Part shown: positions 52,006 through 64,000 of the stretch, in pieces
Layout: every line of letters starts with the position of its first letter
Position numbering within the stretch: the first letter of the stretch is position 1
Source of the DNA: Haliotis rufescens
Taxonomy: Eukaryota
Reading direction: 5' to 3'
Length of the DNA: 64,000 bases
Assembly (NCBI RefSeq): GCF_023055435.1
Contig: NW_025963868.1
Coordinates: 6,944,001-7,008,000, forward strand
Program-made: the position numbers and the translations under genes
The notes under the pieces: model-generated
Told to the model about the DNA's origin: nothing
Database searches by the model: none
The model's input: the letters and a program-made list of their open reading frames with translations, nothing else

Positions 52006-55000
52006 CATTGTTTGTATATTCATGATGCTATCGCAGACGTCTTTAGGTAAACATTGTTTGTATATTCATGATGCTATCGCAGACGTCTTTAGGTTACATT
52101 GTTTGTATATTCATGATGCTATCACAGACGTCTTTAGGTTACATTGTTTGTATATTCATGATGCTATCGCAGACGTCTTTAGGTTACATTGTTTGTATTT
52201 TCATGATGCTATCGCAGACGTCTTTAGGTTACATTGTTTGTATTTTCATGATGCTATCGCAGACGTCTTTAGGTTACATTGTTTGTATATTCATGATGCT
52301 ATCGCAGACGTCTTTAGGTTACATTGTTTGTATATTCATGATGCTATCGCAGACGTCTTTAGGTTACAGTGTTTGTATATTCATGATGCTATCGCAGACG
52401 TCTTTAGGTTACATTGTTTGTATATTCAGGATGCTATCACAGACGTCTTTAGGTTACATTGTTTGTATAATCATGATGCTATCACAGGCGTCTTTAGGTT
52501 ACATTGTCTGTATATTCATGATGCTATCGCAGCCGTCTTTAGGTTACATTGTTTGTATATTCATGATGCTATCACAAACGTCTTTATGTTACATTGTTTA
52601 TATATTCATGATGCTATCACAGACGTCTTTAGGTTACATTGTTTGTATATTCATGATGCTATCACAGACCTCTTAAGGTTACATTGTTTGTATATTCATG
52701 ATGCTATCGCAGCCGTCTTTAGGTTACACTGTTTGTATATTCATGATGCTATCGCAGACGTCTTAAGGTTACATTGTTTGTATATTCATGATGCTATCAC
52801 AGACGTCTTTAGGTTACATTGTTTGTATATTCATGATGCTATCACAGACGTCTTTAGGTTACATTGTTTGTATATTCATGATGCTATCGCAGGCGTCTTT
52901 AGGTTACATTGTTTGTATATTCATGATGCTATCGCAGACGTCTTTAGGTTACATTGTTTGTATATTCATGATGCTATCGCAGACGTCTTTAGGTTACATT
53001 GTTTGTATTTTCATGATGCTATCACAGACGTCTTTAGGTTACATTGTTTGTATATTCATGATGCTATCGCAGGCGTCTTTAGGTTACATTGTTTGTATAT
53101 TCATGATGCTATCGCAGACGTCTTTAGGTTACATTGTTTGTATATTCATGATGCTATCGCAGACGTCTTTAGGTTACATTGTTTGTATATTCATGATGCT
53201 ATCGCAGACGTCTTTAGGTTACATTGTTTGTATATTCATGATGCTATCGCAGACGTCTTTAGGTTACATTGTTTGTATATTCATGATGCTATCGCAGACG
53301 TCTTTAGGTTACATTGTTTGTATATTCATGATGCTATCGCAGGCGTCTTTAGGTTACATTGTTTGTATATTCATGATGCTATCGCAGACGTCTTTAGGTT
53401 ACATTGTTTGTATGTTCCTGACGCTATCGCAGACGTCTTTAGGTTACATTGTTTGTATATTCATGATGCTATCACAGACGTCTTCAGGTTACATTGTTTG
53501 TATATTCATGATGCTATCACAGACGTCTTTAGGTTACATTGTTTGTATATTCATGATGCTATCGCAGGCGTCTTTAGGTTACATTGTCTGTATATTCATG
53601 ATGCTATCGCAGCCGTCTTTAGGTTACATTGTTTGTATATTCAGGATGCTATCGCAGACGTCTTTAGGTTACATTGTTTGTATATTCAGGATGCTATCAC
53701 AGACGTCTTTAGGTTACATTGTTTATATATTCATGATGCTATCGCAGACGTCTTTAGGTTACATTGTTTATATATTCATGATGCTATCACAGACGTCTTT
53801 AGGTTACATTGTTTGTATATTCAGGATGCTATCGCAGACGTCTTTAGGTTACATTGTTTGTATATTCAGGATGCTATCGCAGACGTCTTTAGGTTACATT
53901 GTTTGTATATTCAGGATGCTATCACAGACGTCTTTAGGTTACATTGTTTGTATATTCAGGATGCTATCACAGACGTCTTTAGGTTACATTGTTTATATAT
54001 TCATGATGCTATCACAGGCGTCTTTAGGTTACATTGTTTGTATAATCATGATGCTATCGCAGACGTCTTTAGGTTACATTGTTTGTATAATCATGATGCT
54101 ATCGCAGGCGTCTTTAGGTTACATTGTTTGTATAATCATGATGCTATCGCAGGCGTCTTTAGGTTACATTGTTTGTATATTCTTGATGCTATCGCAGACG
54201 TCTTTAGGTTACATTGTTTGCATATTCAGGATGCTATCGCAGACGTCTTTAGGTAACATTGTTTGTATATTCATGATGCTATCACAGACGTCTTTAGGTT
54301 ACATTGTTTATATATTCATGATGCTATCGCAGACGTCTTTAGGTTACATTGTTTGTGTATTCATGATGCTATCGCAGACGTCTTTAGGTTACATTGTTTG
54401 TATATTCAGGATGCTATCGCAGACGTCTTTAGGTTACATTGTTTGTATATTCATGATGCTATCGCAGACGTCTTTAGGTTACATTGTTTGTATATTCATG
54501 ATGTTATCACAGACGTCTTTAGGTTACATTGTTTGTATATTCATGACGCTATCGCAGGCGTCTTTAGGTTACATTGTTTGTATATTCATGATGTTATCAC
54601 AGACGTCTTTAGGTTACATTGTTTGTATATACATGATGCTATCGCAGCCGTCTTTAGGTTACATTGTTTGTATATTCAGGATGCTATCGCAGACGTCTTT
54701 AGGTTACATTGTTTGTATATTCAGGATGCTATCGCAGACGTCTTTAGGTTACATTGTTTGTATATTCATGATGCTATCGCAGACGTCTTTAGGTTACATT
54801 GTTTGTATATTCATGATGCTATCGCATACGTCTTTTGGTAACAATTTTTGTATATTCATGATGCTATCGCAGACGTCTTTAGGTTACATTGTTTGTATAT
54901 TCATGATGCTATCACAGACGTCTTTAGGTTACATTGTTTGTATATTCATGATGCTATCGCAGACGTCTTTTGGTAACAATTTTTGTATATTCATGATGCT

Positions 55001-58000
55001 ATCGCAGACGTCTTTAGGTTACATTGTTTGTATATTCATGATGCTATCGCAGACGTCTTTAGGTTACATTGTTTGTATATTCATGATGCTATCGCAGACG
55101 TCTTTCGGTTACATTGTTTGTATATTCAGGATGCTATCGCAAACGTCTTTATGTTACATTGTTTGTATATTCATGATGCTATCACAGACGTCTTTAGGTT
55201 ACATTGTTTGTATATTCAGGATGCTATCGCAAACGTCTTTATGTTACATTGTTTGTATATTCATGATGCTATCGCAGACGTCTTTAGGTTACATTGTTTG
55301 TATATTCATGATGCTATCACAGACGTCTTTAGGTTACATTGTTTGTATATTCATGATGCTATCGCAGGCGTCTTTAGGTTACATTGTCTGTATATTCATG
55401 ATGCTATCGCAAACGTCTTTAGGTTACATTGTTTGTATAATCATGATGCTATCGCAGGCGTCTTTAGGTTACATTGTTTGTATATTCATGATGCTATCGC
55501 AGACGTCTTTAGGTTACATTGTTTGTATATTCATGATGCTATCGCAGACGTCTTTAGGTTACATTGTTTGTATATTCATGATGCTATCGCAGACGTCTTT
55601 AGGTTACATTGTTTGTATGTTCCTGACGCTATCGCAGACGTCTTTATGTTACATTGTCTGTATATTCATGATGCTATCGCAGCCGTCTTTAGGTTACATT
55701 GTTTGTATATTCAGGATGCTATCGCAGACGTCTTTAGGTTACATTGTTTGTATATTCAGGATGCTATCACAGACGTCTTTAGGTTACATTGTTTATATAT
55801 TCATGATGCTATCGCAGACGTCTTTAGGTTACATTGTTTATATATTCATGATGCTATCACAGACGTCTTTAGGTTACATTGTTTGTATATTCAGGATGCT
55901 ATCGCAGACGTCTTTAGGTTACATTGTTTGTATATTCAGGATGCTATCGCAGACGTCTTTAGGTTACATTGTTTGTATATTCAGGATGCTATCACAGACG
56001 TCTTTAGGTTACATTGTTTGTATATTCAGGATGCTATCACAGACGTCTTTAGGTTACATTGTTTATATATTCATGATGCTATCACAGGCGTCTTTAGGTT
56101 ACATTGTTTGTATAATCATGATGCTATCGCAGACGTCTTTAGGTTACATTGTTTGTATAATCATGATGCTATCGCAGGCGTCTTTAGGTTACATTGTTTG
56201 TATAATCATGATGCTATCGCAGACGTCTTTAGGTTACATTGTTTGTATATTCTTGATGCTATCGCAGACGTCTTTAGGTTACATTGTTTGTATATTCAGG
56301 ATGCTATCGCAGACGTCTTTAGGTAACATTGTTTGTATATTCATGATGCTATCACAGACGTCTTTAGGTTACATTGTTTATATATTCATGATGCTATCGC
56401 AGACGTCTTTAGGTTACATTGTTTGTGTATTCATGATGCTATCGCAGACGTCTTTAGGTTACATTGTTTGTATATTCAGGATGCTATCGCAGACGTCTTT
56501 AGGTTACATTGTTTGTATATTCAGGATGCTATCGCAGACGTCTTTAGGTTACATTGTTTGTATATTCATGATGTTATCACAGACGTCTTTAGGTTACATT
56601 GTTTGTATATTCATGACGCTATCGCAGGCGTCTTTAGGTTACATTGTTTGTATATTCATGATGTTATCACAGACGTCTTTAGGTTACATTGTTTGTATAT
56701 TCATGATGCTATCGCAGCCGTCTTTAGGTTACATTGTTTGTATATTCAGGATGCTATCGCAGACGTCTTTAGGTTACATTGTTTGTATATTCAGGATGCT
56801 ATCGCAGACGTCTTTAGGTTACATTGTTTGTATATTCATGATGCTATCGCAGACGTCTTTAGGTTACATTGTTTGTATATTCATGATGCTATCGCATACG
56901 TCTTTTGGTAACAATTTTTGTATATTCATGATGCTATCGCAGACGTCTTTAGGTTACATTGTTTGTATATTCATGATGCTATCACAGACGTCTTTAGGTT
57001 ACATTGTTTGTATATTCATGATGCTATCGCAGACGTCTTTTGGTAACAATTTTTGTATATTCATGATGCTATCGCAGACGTCTTTAGGTTACATTGTTTG
57101 TATATTCATGATGCTATCGCAGACGTCTTTAGGTTACATTGTTTGTATATTCATGATGCTATCGCAGACGTCTTTCGGTTACATTGTTTGTATATTCAGG
57201 ATGCTATCGCAAACGTCTTTAGGTTACATTGTTTGTATATTCATGATGCTATCACAGACGTCTTTAGGTTACATTGTTTGTATATTCAGGATGCTATCGC
57301 AAACGTCTTTATGTTACATTGTTTGTATATTCATGATGCTATCGCAGACGTCTTTAGGTTACATTGTTTGTATATTCATGATGCTATCACAGACGTCTTT
57401 AGGTTACATTGTTTGTATATTCATGATGCTATCGCAGGCGTCTTTAGGTTACATTGTCTGTATATTCATGATGCTATCGCAAACGTCTTTAGGTTACATT
57501 GTTTGTATAATCATGATGCTATCGCAGGCGTCTTTAGGTTACATTGTTTGTATATTCATGATGCTATCGCAGACGTCTTTAGGTTACATTGTTTGTATAT
57601 TCATGATGCTATCGCAGACGTCTTTATGTTACATTGTTTGTATATTCATGATGCTATCGCAGACGTCTTTAGGTTACATTGTTTGTATGTTCCTGACGCT
57701 ATCGCAGACGTCTTTATGTTACATTGTTTGTATAATCATGATGCTATCGCAGGCGTCTTTAGGTTACATTGTTTGTATATTCAGGATGCTATCACAGACG
57801 TCTTTAGGTTACATTGTTTGTATAATCATGATGCTATCGCAGACGTCTTTAGGTTACATTGTTTGTATAATCATGATGCTATCGCAGACGTCTTTAGGTT
57901 ACATTGTTTGTATATTCAGGATGCTATCACAGACGTCTTTAGGTTACATTGTTTGTATAATCATGATGCTATCGCAGACGTCTTTAGGTTACATTGTTTG

Positions 58001-58088
58001 TATATTCAGGATGCTATCGCAGACGTCTTTAGGTTACATTGATTATATATTCATGATGCTATCGCAGACGTCTTTAGGTTACATTTTT
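52006..58088. repeat. 45-bp satellite, ~135 units, with a 2070-bp higher-order duplication
   Basis: Unit cattgtttgtatattcatgatgctatcgcagacgtctttaggtta. Rare variants recur exactly 2070 bp apart. Confidence 0.97.
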
Positions 58089-59034
58089 TGCAACTGAACA
58101 CACCAATCACAACTGTAGGACCATGACTGCTTCACTATAATTAAGTCTTCATGGGGAATATTTAATGCATAACTATGACACGAATGCACACTAATATGTC
58201 AACTTGTTTTAATCTGCGTAGAAACAACTATGAATTTGAAACATGTCCTAGTAGGATGGTCAGTTTGTATGTTTGTTGATTACTGCCGCACACCAATATT
58301 CCAATTGTTTGACGATCGCCTGTAAATAATGGAATATGGGTATGAAACCCGAGCTTGATATTATGATCAACGTTTCACACACAAACAGGTCACCGGATCA
58401 ACCCACGATGTATTTATTCGCCTAGTACAACAAGCATGGGGTATTCATGTCCCATTGTTACGGGATAGGCCTGTGGTGCGTGTTCTACGTTGATAATGAA
58501 TTCTATCTGCGTACATAACACAAACTGACACCTAATTCGTATATGAAATGACACGCCCATCATAAACAGATACAGGGGAAGAGTGGATTCTACATTAACA
58601 CAACGATTTATCTAGTGTGTACTAGTGAGTCTTAAAGTGTTGGCGCATCGGCGACGAATGCCTGGGTTCGATTCCGCACATGGGCAAAATGTGTGAAGCT
58701 CATTACCGGTGTCACCAGCCTTTATATAGCTCGAATATGGCTTAAACTGACATAAACCTCTACAAATTACTCACCCACTCACCCACTCACTCACTTACTC
58801 TCTAAGGGAGGCTCCGGTATTGTAAGTTACATAGAAAAGTAATAAAAATAATAAAAACGTCCTGACAAGGAAGCATAACGTGAGAGGTTTCTTGAATGCT
58901 AGGAAATATCCTGGAGTAGCATAAAATGTAACATGAATCTCATATTGAACTTTATGCAGTGACGTTATAATGGCTTTTTCTTGTTGTTTTGTTGTTTGCC
59001 TATTCTGTATATTTCAGACACGGACATATATACA

Positions 59035-60497
59035 ATGGCGAAGTACTACAATTTGGTAGCGCTGAACATCGTCATCATTTTCCTGTTCTTCACGTTGCCC
59101 ATTCTGTCAGCCCTGTTCATTGTCCTATTGTCCCCGCTTGTAAACACAGGTAAGCATCCTTTAATAATTTGTCTGAATCATAGGTTATTGGAACTTAACT
59201 GTACGTCCCTTAATGGGCCAGTATGCCCCTAAAATAATGTCGTCATTATTACGCAAGGAGTTCATATAAATGTCCATGCAGGTACTGATTCATCAGGTGA
59301 ATGTTTTCAGTGCTGTATCTCGATTGTGATCAAACCACACTTGATAACTGTCACTGGCATATCTGTAACAGGTTGGTCTATGCCCCAGGTTAGCAAAGAT
59401 ACTGTAGTGTCAAGTACCCTTGTGATTGTTCGGTTTATCGTTAATTAGGACGGTAGGGTAACATCGTGCTTTAAGCGTTTGCTCGTCACATCAAAGGCCC
59501 AGGTTTGATCCCCTGGGTACAAAGTGTCGTATCCAACTCTTGTGTTTCTGGAATATTGGTAGGAAGCGACGTAAAACCTTATGAACTAACGACTTCTAAT
59601 GGTAAATGCGCTACATTATCTTTTCCTCATTTTTTTAAGGTCATATAAAATTGTTCCTAATGTGTTTTTTTTGTAATTGCAGTTCTTCTCCTGAGTATCA
59701 CCGATGCTATCACCTACACGTACCCCACCGAGGTCAGCCCACGTCCCTGGGTCTTCTTCATCTGGGCCTTTATCTTCATCTGGCAGATCATCTGGATCTT
59801 CTACTCCATGAACTTAAGCTACCGGGTAGTTCGTGGAGGACCATCAGTCCTCCTCACCTCAGTCTTCCTTGGCATCTTCATCCTCAGCCTTCTCTTACAC
59901 GTAGCTTTGAACATCGCCGCCGTTTTCGTGCTAGTGTTAGCCTTCGTCTTCCTGATCCTTCTCTCCGCAAGCCTCTTTGCCTGCCTAGCACTGTCTTACA
60001 AATCCCTGTATGACAATAGACAGATACTGGCTGATCAACAGCGTGGACTGGATGACTCCCTTGTCAGAGGTTTGGTCCACAACGGTCTAGGCCTGTACGC
60101 TACCTGGACCTTGATTGCTGCTCTGATAAACATCGCGGTCCTCATGACCTACAGATCTAATCCACCGATTGACCAGAGCACTGCCTCAACTGTAAGCCTG
60201 GCCTTCATAGCCGCGTTTTTGGTCGTGTACTTCATCACTGACCTTACCGTGTTTGACAAATATTCCCGCTACACCTTCACACCCTACGTTGCTCTTTTGT
60301 GGGCGCTCGTTGCTATCCTGGTCAACAACGTTGACTTCAGGAAGCACAACACCATCTTCACCGCCGTGTTGCTTGGGCTGACTGGTTTGAGCTTAATTGT
60401 CAAGATTGTTGTGGTGTGTGTCAAGAAGAAAACCAACCCCTTGTTTCCTGACCCAACTGCTGTCAAGGACACTGTAGTTGGACACGGTGGACCTTAG
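59035..60497 (+). CDS. Multi-pass (~8 TM) membrane protein 2, 309 aa; paralogue of 23184-24784
   Basis: Exon 59035-59149 (MAKYYNLVALNIVIIFLFFTLPILSALFIVLLSPLVNT, G|gtaagc, phase 1) joins exon 59683-60497 (VLLLSITDAITYTYPTEVSPRPWVFFIWAFIFIWQIIWIFYSMN...). It has the same intron position and phase as paralogue 1 and shares LV.NG.GLYATW and DKYSRYTFTPY. There is an upstream acceptor at ~59017. Confidence 0.87.
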
Positions 60498-60729
60498 TCA
60501 GGAAATATTGCAGTTGTACAAACCGTTACAAGCTTCACTACTTTCATAAGAGTTCCAGTATACAGATCTAATTGGATGATTAGAAATAGTTGTAGTGGTA
60601 AAGAATGAAGCTAGCTATGTGTTAAATGCAGGATGTTTTCACACGGATATGGCCGCTCTCCCTCACAATATTGCAGATCCGGGGTAGAATAGGTCTTCAG
60701 CAACCCATGCTTGCCGTAAATGGTACTCC

Positions 60730-60928
60730 GAATGGGTACGCAATAGGATAAGATGGCAATGTGGTTGTTAACCTTCTGGTCCAAAGTACATGTTCAACCA
60801 GCAGTGAATGGGTACGCAATAGGATAAGATGGCAATGTGGTTGTTAACCTTCTGGTCCAAAGTACATGTTCAACCAGCAGTGAATGGGTACGCGGTAGGG
60901 TGAGATGGCAATGTGGTTGTTAACCTTC
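60730..60928. repeat. 76-bp tandem repeat, ~2.6 copies
   Basis: gaatgggtacgc...gatggcaatgtggttgttaaccttc recurs at 60730, 60806 and 60882. Confidence 0.85.
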
Positions 60929-61404
60929 AAGCTGACAAGGTGCGGATGTCGTCTGTGGGAAGACTCCACACCCTGCTACACCAGCATCATATAGAGCAAC
61001 AACTGGATGTCCTAGTACAATTAGTCTTTGTACATGTACATATATGTTCCTTCTTACACACAGTTTGGGTAAAGGTATCTTGGTTTAGTATTTTTGCACG
61101 TTTTTCAACCACATGCTAACGGCTACACAAAGTAGTCTATTTATTTGCAGGCGGCAGTTTCGAAATCTACAATATATTGTACACACGCACTGGGTGTAGC
61201 ACTCACATTGTGATTAAAGTATGCTCTGAAATAAATACGTGGTGTCTGAAGTGTGATGTATACTGTCTTACGAACAAAGCACATACCAGAGTGCTCCTTG
61301 TTTAAATATGACGACCACATTATTAAGCGGGGTTTTTTTCCGATGAGGTGAAATGGGGTTTAACGTTGCGTCCAAGATTATTGCACTTATATAGCGACGT
61401 GCAT

Positions 61405-61437
<33 letters not shown>

Positions 61438-64000
61438 GCTGCTTGGACTGTGGCTGATTTATAGTGCTAGTCCACTTAGATACAATGCCGCAGTTTAACA
61501 TGAATACCCCACTCAGACACAGTATACTGACTTCGAGCCGACCAATCCTTGTTTTAGACCCTTAATGCCGAGCGCCAGGCAAGGTAACATCAAGTTACGT
61601 CTTTTGGTATGACGCAGCCGGGGATCGAACCCCGGACCTTCCGCTCCCCGGGCGGACGTTCTACCTTTAGACCACGGAGGCGGTCAAGAGCTTTTTCCCC
61701 CTTCATAAAAATGCGTCATATGATGACAAGAAGAGGGCACGGGATGTCCAGTCGTCTACAGCTCCGCAGTTTGTTATGCTGCAAACTCGGATTGGCTGGT
61801 CGAATCTCACAATTGCCTTGATTATGTATCCGTGTTTGTCAGCAAGCCAAACTGTCTCCCTAATCCAACCACATCAAGCTGACCCACTCAACCTTTGACT
61901 GCGATACTGATATATTCAATTTACAAAAGCAACAGCTTAAAGGGGTCATATAATATGAATCACTTGCTACAAAATGAGTCAGTTCCAAGGCAACAGTGAA
62001 TGCTATTTGTATCGCAACGTCTTCCAGCGACCAGGGACACTAAGTCCCTGTGTGGACACTCAGTATCATAGGGGCGGTCGGGTAGCCTAGTGGTTAAAGC
62101 GTTCGCTCGTCACGCCGAAGACCCGGGTTCGATTCCCGACATGGGTTCAATGTGTGAAGCCCATTTCTGGTGTCCCCCGCCGTGATATTGCTGGAATAAT
62201 GCGGCGTAAAACCATACTCACTTACTCACTCACTCAGTATCATAATTAAAGATTAAACGCGGCGTTAAACCAAAATATATCACCCATTGCAAGTAAATTT
62301 CATATCACCAAAATATCTCGCGCTCTGTGCTAGGGCTGTGCTTTGCTACCCTCCCTATTACCCGACCCTACCCAGGTACCCACTGTAAGTCTCAGGAGAT
62401 GTCTCAAAATGTCCGATTTGGAACATTTTTAGCATAGCACTGGCAAAACGTATGTAGATACATGCATTAAACAATCTGGTCATTCATACACTGAAGTTGA
62501 AATAAGATATATCTTTATTCAACGACATGAAAAATCAGAAGGAATGGGTGCACAGTCAGAAAGAAATGCGAACATTAGTGACTTGTAGTGTTACCATGGA
62601 GTTCTAGACAAGTTTTTTCATTAAACAATATATCACGTGACTAACCACGGGTCCGGGTAGTCCTGTGCGTACCCGGGTCCTACTCAGTACCCACCCGTCC
62701 CAGGTACCCGAGTTACCCGTCCCAGCCATGCTTTGGGAAGGGTTTCTACTATTGTCACAGCAACTGATAACGAACACAACTTTACGCTATAATTTCAAAA
62801 CGCATATTTTTTTATGCAACACATACCAGTTGTCTAAAACAAATGCATCACAAATTCGTTTCTGATTTATGATCTTTGGAAACATTTTGCAGAATCTTCC
62901 TATTTCATTTAAAATTAAAAGTAACTGAAAGCTTCGCTTGAAAGACATTATATTACCTGGATCACATGAACCATCGCTTGGAAAGTATCGGTTATTATCA
63001 TAAACATGTTCATAAACCTATGAACTCGACCTCGCACGTTATTTGAATACAAGGCAAGTCGAAAGGGGTATTAGCCATTCCGCTCAGCAGTCGGTCGCCA
63101 TGGCAATGATAACGTCCCACTGAATAAACTTTACCTGTCAGCCACATACTGAGGTCATGCGAGATGTGGATATTCGATGTTTTGTTAGTTAGTTTGTTTT
63201 GTTGTTTAACGTCGCCCTCAGCAATATTCCAGCTATATGACGGCGGTCTGTAAATAATCGAGTCTGGACCGTGTACTATGTAAGGGGAAAGGTGTACCTG
63301 TTGACTTCCTTGGCTCACTGCGTTATAGGGGCTGACCATGTTTTCTGGGGATTTTGGTATTATTTTTAAAACCCTTATGAGTTCCCCCAAATGCTTGAAA
63401 CATCACTTGGCCTCGTGTATTACACTCACAAGTCTTGTTCACTGGATAAACTGGGTGTTCGGGACAAGAATCTGCAGTGGCGCCCCAAAAAGTCCACAGA
63501 CATGGAAACTTGGATGTCAAACAACATGCAAAGCCAAGTAACAATATATTCTTTTTGGGTTTTCGAAACAACAATCCTTTAAATCTTATCATTATTTTGT
63601 CAAAACGAATAATTTTCAACTTCCGAAATAACTATCCACGAACATTCCAATAAATACAGAAGGACCGCACTGAATTGTATAAGTTAAAGTATACTTCTGT
63701 CATTAAGTGTAATAGCGATTACCTCAATAAGCTTTGGTGAAGCTGTCGGGCTTTATTTCTTTGAATATATTGTTTTGCAAAACCGTGTAAATGTTTAGAA
63801 AAAACAAACATTATTTATAAAATCTTTCACTAGACATGATTGATGTTCGGGACTATAATTTGCTGTGGCGCCCCCCAAATTGTTTTGCCTCGACCTTTCA
63901 GATCACACGTATACAATAAAGCATCTAATAGTTTGTCGCAAAAATACTAAAACTATTCGATGGTGGGAAGTACACAATAACTCGATGGTGGAAAGTATAC

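Noticed and set aside
52022-58097. Very long ORFs (744 aa, 1769 aa and others)
   Set aside because: They are translations of a 45-bp satellite that is open in two overlapping frames, with no unique N- or C-terminal domain and no link to a spliced gene.

Overview
Repeat-rich eukaryotic DNA with spliceosomal introns. The SINE families suggest a gastropod mollusc such as abalone (inference, not verified). Splicing exons by hand gives six genes that the ORF track shows only in fragments. (1) The 5' part of a secreted Sushi/CCP-domain gene on the minus strand, running off the left edge. (2-4) Three 5-exon paralogues on the minus strand (8.7-15.4, 28.7-36.0 and 43.1-48.4 kb). Each encodes a ~200-aa protein with a signal peptide, a stand-alone domain resembling the TMEM145/GPR180 N-terminal (GOLD-like) ectodomain, and a GPI-anchor-like tail instead of the seven-transmembrane domain. 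(5-6) Two paralogous ~8-TM membrane-protein genes on the plus strand (23.2-24.8 and 59.0-60.5 kb), each head-to-head with one GOLD-like gene. The most unusual structure is in the first GOLD-like gene: the end of exon 2 plus its splice donor is amplified into ~27 tandem 57-bp units. Every unit keeps an in-frame GT donor and the frame has no stop, so donor choice could add 0-27 copies of a 19-aa repeat. The rest is SINEs (four families), MITEs and palindromic elements, decayed mariner, Tc1, L2 and RLE-type LINE fragments, and satellites (31, 41, 55, 45 and 76 bp). The long ORFs at 52-58 kb are satellite artefacts. Family assignments come from remembered motifs; no database search was run.
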